This document shows, piece by piece, positions 58,945 through 64,000 of a stretch of DNA of 64,000 nucleotides. The notes under the pieces were generated by a model that did no database searches, was not told the origin of the DNA, and was given only the letters and a program-made list of their open reading frames with translations. Location of the stretch: contig CAXXVS010000003.1 in NCBI GenBank assembly GCA_963674755.2, positions 1,824,001 through 1,888,000 on the forward strand, given 5' to 3'. The stretch's first letter is position 1. Each line of letters starts with the position of its first letter. Source of the DNA: Desulfobacterales bacterium (GTDB taxonomy: Bacteria; Desulfobacterota; Desulfobacteria; Desulfobacterales; UBA5852). The position numbers and the translations under genes were made by a program.

Positions 58945-60015
58945 TTACGATAATTTTCTTACCTTATCATTTAATGACTCGTAAAGAATTGGTGAAACTA
59001 GATCCATCCACGATGCAGTTTGGTAAAGTGATGACAGAAGTATACTATGTATATCCATTGGGTGGTTTTTATATTCTTTTAGTACATGTTTTGTAATATT
59101 CATAAACCTTTGCCAAGCAGGAGGATGAGTTGAAAATGAAATCTTCTCTCCTACTATCATTTGATAAACATCTTCCTTGATATTTAAAAGATAAAAAAAA
59201 ATGTTTACCGCATGAAATATGTATGCATATTTGTGATATTCGTATCCTTCATCGAATTTAAGATGTGGGAATAAATCGAGACTTATCATCCAGCTAACAG
59301 CAAGTTGATCAGCTTCAAATTCTTGATTTTGCATTTTTTCAAAAATTGTTAGGTCTCCTTCCGTCGATTCATTCTTAAGCTCTTTAGCGGTCAAGTGGCC
59401 GGCTATTGCATGCATAAATTCATGCATCAAGATAAATTTTTCCATATGAGATAGGAAAATAGACCTTAAAATATCTGCTTTTTTATCAATGGATATTGGA
59501 ATATTTCTCGATAAAAGTGGTATATTATTTTTTTCATACTCTATAAATGAATCACTTAGAAGAGATATGCATTCATCAAAACTCAATTGAGTATTAATGA
59601 AAAATCTATCAATAAATGCATTATTATTTTTATCGTAATTTATATGACAATGCAGATGAGACAATAATTTAGTAAACTGGTTCAAAAAAACAAAAAGACC
59701 TGTGTTTAGAAGAAATATATGGCCTTTATTGGTCCTTGCATAATAAGCATTAAATTCACATGTAGGATATTCACCGGCAAAAATGGGTACGTCAAAATTT
59801 TTACCAGCATTTAAAATGGAATTCCGAATATCTTCACAGTAATTAGATAGGATCCAATTAAAAGAATTTTCAATAGGCGGTATTTCGAAATCGTGTCCAT
59901 AAGTTTGGCGATATTGTTCGTTTAATAATTCAGAATTTTGCAATTTGGTTTCAGATAGATTGCTATTTTTCAAAAATTTTAGATATTCATCTTTTAAAGA
60001 ATTTTTATCGCTCAT
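58945..60015 (-). CDS. HExxH zinc peptidase, Lit (U49)/M48-like
   Basis: FNAY, LMHEFMH, EFEADQLA, STHPP..RF; very AT-rich; no obvious signal peptide. Confidence 0.7.
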   Translation of the reverse strand: MSDKNSLKDEYLKFLKNSNLSETKLQNSELLNEQYRQTYGHDFEIPPIENSFNWILSNYCEDIRNSILNAGKNFDVPIFAGEYPTCEFNAYYARTNKGHIFLLNTGLFVFLNQFTKLLSHLHCHINYDKNNNAFIDRFFINTQLSFDECISLLSDSFIEYEKNNIPLLSRNIPISIDKKADILRSIFLSHMEKFILMHEFMHAIAGHLTAKELKNESTEGDLTIFEKMQNQEFEADQLAVSWMISLDLFPHLKFDEGYEYHKYAYIFHAVNIFFYLLNIKEDVYQMIVGEKISFSTHPPAWQRFMNITKHVLKEYKNHPMDIHSILLSSLYQTASWMDLVSPILYESLNDKVRKLS

Positions 60016-60060
60016 TATGTTATCTGTCCATGTTTAAAATAAATTTGATTTGATTGAAAT

Positions 60061-61529
60061 AGTCGATTCTGAAAAAGTCGTTTTAGGCCGCGCCCCATAA
60101 AAGGGCTGATCTTTGACAGTCAGTCAGCCAATTGAGCAATAGGCGTAAAAAGTCCGCTGCAAACCGCAGCAGCTTGTGGAAGTTCATTCCGGCCGCACTG
60201 AGGATGGCGTTAATCTGATCACCGTAAGTGCCTTTGAGTCGGTTGCGATCCATGCGGTGCTCGCGTTTCAGATGGCCGATGCCCGGTTCGATGGCGGCCC
60301 GACGTTTTATCCAGCGCCATAAGCTCCTGGCGGTTCGGCCGCGACGGCGCTTGTCTACATGAATGCTGACCTCTCCCTTATAGCCGTGTCCCCGATAGCC
60401 CATATCCACAAACACATGATCGGGAGGCCGGGTGATGCGTTCGATCTGGTTCAGAGCTTCGCTCAACGTGTGTCCGTCGTAAGGATTGCCGTGAATGGCC
60501 CGGGCGCCCACAAACCAGCCGCCCCGGCTGGTGGCCGCCACACTGACTTTGCAGCCAAACTCGTAACGCTTATGAGCTTTGCCTTTGCTAATACACTCCA
60601 CGGCTGGCTCATGAACGCTGTAGATCTTGTTCTTGTCATGGCGCTGCTGCTTGAAAATGCGTTTGCTGATGGTCAACAGCGATTGCAGGGTTTGGTCAGG
60701 ATGAGGGGCTTTACGCTCGATATCGCGGATAACCCTCCCCAGATACGTCCTTAATTTGCGTGTGCAACCTCGTGCGCGTTTCATCTGACGGGCATGGGCA
60801 TAGCGGCTTTGCTGGCAGACCAGCTGCGGTGCCTTGCGATTGTAATTCTGACGTAAAACAATCCCGCGCTGCTTGGCCGCCGCCACAAGTCGCTGCCGGG
60901 ACCGATCATACAACCGGGCGTCGGTGGGAAAGCGAATGTCTTTTTCCTGGACGGTGGTATCCACGTTAACGCGCTTGAGTTGGTGAACCTTAACGGCTTT
61001 GAGTTTGAGACCGGCCTCAATGGTCTCTTTGAGAAGTTCTTCGGCCCCGGACGCTCCAATACGCTTTCGCCAGCGGGTCATGCTGGAAGGATCGATGGGC
61101 AGCTCATGCTCGAAGAACTGCATGCCGCTCAAATACTGCCAGTAGGGGTTTTCAACCCAACCGGCCACCACATCTTCGTCACTCAAGTTGTGGGTGTATT
61201 TGAGATAGTGCAGGGCAACCATCAACCGCGTGCTGATGGCCGGTCGCCCCTGGTCCGGACAATAGGTTTGACCGAAGACATCGGCCAATCGTTGCCAATC
61301 CACCACTCGGGCCAATTTGACCAATGGATGGGCAGGATTGATGACTTTTGAAAGCTCCGGTCGGAAAAGATCCCGTTGTCGATTGTGCTGTGGCGATTTC
61401 TTTGGTTTCATGGTGAAAATTTGCAGGAAAAGTGAGTGAAAAGCGGTGAAATCCTGCAAATTTACATACCACAAATTGAATTCTTTTTGTGGTAATATCT
61501 GTTAGATAAAAGGATTTTCAGAACCGACT
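60061..61529 (-). mobile_element. IS5-family insertion sequence
   Basis: 15-bp TIR AGTCG(A/G)TTCTGAAAA; direct repeat GAAAT (TGAAATA if ends are taken 1 nt inward). Confidence 0.9.
60083..61411 (-). CDS. IS5-family transposase
   Basis: GRPAISTRLM, ENPYWQY, VDTTVQEK, YEFGCKV, DMGYRG, RRAAIEP. Confidence 0.95.
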   Translation of the reverse strand: MKPKKSPQHNRQRDLFRPELSKVINPAHPLVKLARVVDWQRLADVFGQTYCPDQGRPAISTRLMVALHYLKYTHNLSDEDVVAGWVENPYWQYLSGMQFFEHELPIDPSSMTRWRKRIGASGAEELLKETIEAGLKLKAVKVHQLKRVNVDTTVQEKDIRFPTDARLYDRSRQRLVAAAKQRGIVLRQNYNRKAPQLVCQQSRYAHARQMKRARGCTRKLRTYLGRVIRDIERKAPHPDQTLQSLLTISKRIFKQQRHDKNKIYSVHEPAVECISKGKAHKRYEFGCKVSVAATSRGGWFVGARAIHGNPYDGHTLSEALNQIERITRPPDHVFVDMGYRGHGYKGEVSIHVDKRRRGRTARSLWRWIKRRAAIEPGIGHLKREHRMDRNRLKGTYGDQINAILSAAGMNFHKLLRFAADFLRLLLNWLTDCQRSALLWGAA

Positions 61530-62119
61530 GAAATAGAAGTTGATTACATTGTAAACTATACCATTATTAACGATATCTTTAAATTGTTTTCAATTTCATT
61601 TATTTCTTTATTTTTGGCAAGTTTAGCGGATTTATTAATTTTACCCTTGTAGGTTGACAGCATTAATCATGCCAGAGTTATGTTGGATATTTATTCGTGA
61701 TCTTATACAAAAATACTATTTAATTTCAGATATAATACAGTCCCTGCGCGGATCATAATAGCTTCATAAGGGATTACGATGCTGACATATTGTGGCAAAA
61801 TACTGACGATATTTGTCATTGACTCATTTTGCACTTGTATAATTGACCAATCGGTCGAAATAGGAATACTTGCGAAAATCTTCTAATCACACGCAGACAC
61901 TCGACGCTCGCTTTGCATCCCAATAACTTTCGATCCGATAATTGGTAGAAGCGGCGAACTGAAAAACAGCGAACGCAATCCTGAGAGTGCGATGAAGTTC
62001 TATTCTCGCTTCCGACACCTAACAGTCTAACTTCCTGGAAAAATTTCGTGTGAATTCTTCAATATTGCGCCTCATGGATTGCACATTACACCAGCTGCCT
62101 CGCTCAAAGCCCCTGTACT

Positions 62120-62527
62120 TTGATCATTGCCGAGTTGTCCCGGCTGGGGCGCTCCGTCGGTCAGATTGCCATCCTGGTTGATGGATTGATCAGCGACGGC
62201 ATCCAGATCATCACCATCAAAGAGGGTATGATCCTGAGCGGAAAGCGGGACATGAAGTCCAAGGTGATCCTGACGATGTTCTCGCTCATGGCGGAAATCG
62301 AACGTGACCTCGTTTCTGAGCGGACCAAAGAAGGGCTGAGGCGCGCAAGGGCAGAGGGTAAGCTCTTGGGGCGTCCCAAAGGGACGACGAGTTCCAAGCT
62401 GGACGGCAAGGAAGGGGAGATCCGCGGTTATCTGGCGAAGGGGGTAAACCTTGCCAACCTGGCTCGGATCTATGGCGTTTCGTGGTCCACGATGAAGCAC
62501 TTCGTGGTGAGCAGGGGGCTGGCTTGA
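62120..62527 (+). pseudogene. 5'-truncated serine resolvase (catalytic Ser missing)
   Basis: Near-identical protein to the last ~135 residues of 43543..44148; upstream DNA unrelated. Confidence 0.9.
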
Positions 62528-62738
62528 CGAGAGGCAAACCTGGGCTTCGTTACTGATAATGCGGTTTATTTAAGTTGAGCTATAATGAATGGCAGAGCCT
62601 ATGCCCCCGACCATAATTGGAAGGCTAATTGCCCTCAGCTTCGAAGAAATGTCCACCTGAGTGATCGGCGGTGGACCCCAGAAACTGGACAATGTGCTAA
62701 GCTATAAGTCAGACGCTGATGAATAGGAGGATTTGACT

Positions 62739-63020
62739 ATGGGAAAGCAACGCAAAAAGCACAGTCCACAGTTCAAGGCCAAGGTCGCGCTGGCCGCCAT
62801 CCAGAATGACGAGACCGTGGCCCAAATTGCCAATCGCTTTGGCGTCCATCCGACCATGGTGTCCACCTGGAAGCGGCAGATGCTCGATGGGGCAGCCGAC
62901 ATCTTCGACAAGCACAACAAGTCCCGTAAGCAGGCGGAAGCAAAGACCGACGAGCTCTACCGCCAGATCGGGCAACTCAAGGTCGAAAACGATTTTTTAT
63001 CCAGAAAGCTCAGCAACTGA
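62739..63020 (+). CDS. IS3 transposase OrfA
   Basis: RKKHSPQFKAKVAL HTH, LYRQIGQLKVENDFL; T-run at 62993-62998 is a candidate -1 slip site. Confidence 0.92.
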   Translation: MGKQRKKHSPQFKAKVALAAIQNDETVAQIANRFGVHPTMVSTWKRQMLDGAADIFDKHNKSRKQAEAKTDELYRQIGQLKVENDFLSRKLSN

Positions 63021-63040
63021 ACAAAAGGCAGCGCAAGGCC

Positions 63041-63871
63041 ATGATCGAACCATCCCAGCCGCTGAGCCTATCTCGACAGTGTGAAATGTTGGGTATCCGC
63101 CGATCGTCGTATTATTACCAGGCGAAGCCCATAAGCCCCGAAGTGCTGGAGCTGATGAAGCAGATGGATGAAATGTATCTTCAAGATCCCACCTCGGGCA
63201 GCCGTTCAATGAAACGTCAGTTCAAGCGCCAAGGGCAAAGGGTCAACCGCAAGCGGATCCAGCGTTTGATGCGGCTAATGGGCATCGAAGCGATCTATCC
63301 CAAGCCGCACACCAGCCGTCCGCATCCCCAGCATCGCATCTATCCCTATCTTCTTCGGGATCTGAGCATTGACCGGCCCAATCAGGTCTGGGCCACTGAT
63401 ATCACCTATGTCCCCATGGCCCGTGGCTTTATGTATCTGGCGGCCATCATGGACTGGCACAGCCGTAAAATATTATCCTGGCGCATCTCCAATACCTTGG
63501 AGCCTTCCTTCTGTGTCGAAGCGCTCCACGAGGCTCTGGATCGTCATGATGCGCCGGAAATCTTCAACACCGATCAGGGGGCTCAGTTCACGAGCACAGC
63601 CTTCATCCAGGTGCTCAAGGACCACCAGGTTAAAATCAGCATGGACGGCCGGGGCCGCTGTCAGGACAACATCTTCATCGAGCGGCTGTGGTGGACCATC
63701 AAGTATCGGTATCTTTACCTGCATTCGTTTGATTCCGGTCGCGACTTGCGACGGGGGCTGACGGAGTGGGTCCGCTACTACAACCAGCAACGTGGGCATT
63801 CTTCTCTTGACGATCTAACCCCGGATGAGGTCTATTACGGTCTACCTCATCCTTTTGCCGAGGCTGCCTGA
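63041..63871 (+). CDS. IS3 transposase OrfB (DDE), in -1 frame relative to OrfA
   Basis: WATDITY, NTDQGAQF, DNIFIERLW, YNQQRGH. Confidence 0.94.
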   Translation: MIEPSQPLSLSRQCEMLGIRRSSYYYQAKPISPEVLELMKQMDEMYLQDPTSGSRSMKRQFKRQGQRVNRKRIQRLMRLMGIEAIYPKPHTSRPHPQHRIYPYLLRDLSIDRPNQVWATDITYVPMARGFMYLAAIMDWHSRKILSWRISNTLEPSFCVEALHEALDRHDAPEIFNTDQGAQFTSTAFIQVLKDHQVKISMDGRGRCQDNIFIERLWWTIKYRYLYLHSFDSGRDLRRGLTEWVRYYNQQRGHSSLDDLTPDEVYYGLPHPFAEAA

Positions 63872-64000
63872 TGCCTTGTTCTCTATACAATCGCTCTCGG
63901 CTTATAGCTTATCTATACCATCAGGCTGTCCAACTCTTGGGGTCCACCGCCATCAGAGGTATTAATATATACACATGATAGGCTGTCAATCCAAAGCATG

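Larger units (their letters stand above)
62662..63955 (+). mobile_element. IS3-family insertion sequence (1294 bp)
   Basis: TG..CA ends with imperfect TIR TGAT(C)GGCGGTGGACCCC..TGGACA; 3-bp direct repeat GAG. Confidence 0.93.

Noticed and set aside
62549..62576. Xer dif-like site (GTTACTGATAA-TGCGGT-TTATTTAAGTT), with a weaker one near 45878-45905
   Set aside because: The XerD arm matches poorly and no equivalent follows the other two resolvase copies
1..64000. tRNA, rRNA, integron integrase/attC array
   Set aside because: None recognisable by eye; tRNAscan-SE, Infernal and IntegronFinder would be needed to exclude them

Overview
Bacterial DNA, mostly GC-rich. Gene content (hcp, FmdE-family, two-CW domains, sigma54 regulation) suggests an anaerobic deltaproteobacterium (Desulfobacterota); this is inference. 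There are three blocks. (1) 1-25.4 kb, nitrate respiration and NO stress: qNor, hemerythrins, narGHJI-narK, an NnrR-type Crp/Fnr regulator with a perfect NnrR-like box before a DUF1858/MetE-core-like/CBS/HPP/flavodiiron/hcp/RND run, FNR-type boxes, and a nonsense-interrupted two-CW/cNMP/Ser-Thr kinase. (2) 25.8-43.2 kb: a decayed octaheme cytochrome + NapC/NirT pair, an arsC relic, Moco genes, and an intact TtrA/SrdA-lineage molybdoenzyme operon (B-C-A-D). The operon has a sigma54 promoter and sits beside an AioX/ArrX-like oxyanion-binding lipoprotein and a kinase-less membrane-bound sigma54 activator. (3) 43.5-64 kb, mobile/defence mosaic: three copies or relics of a small serine resolvase, four IS elements with mappable ends, a prophage immunity-region relic, an AT-rich candidate anti-phage island (three-gene REase operon, PD-(D/E)XK-like and HEPN genes) and a Lit-like peptidase. 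The best novel-system candidates are the oxyanion reductase with its one-component sensor and the three-gene nuclease operon. All family calls come from motif recognition by eye; no searches were run.
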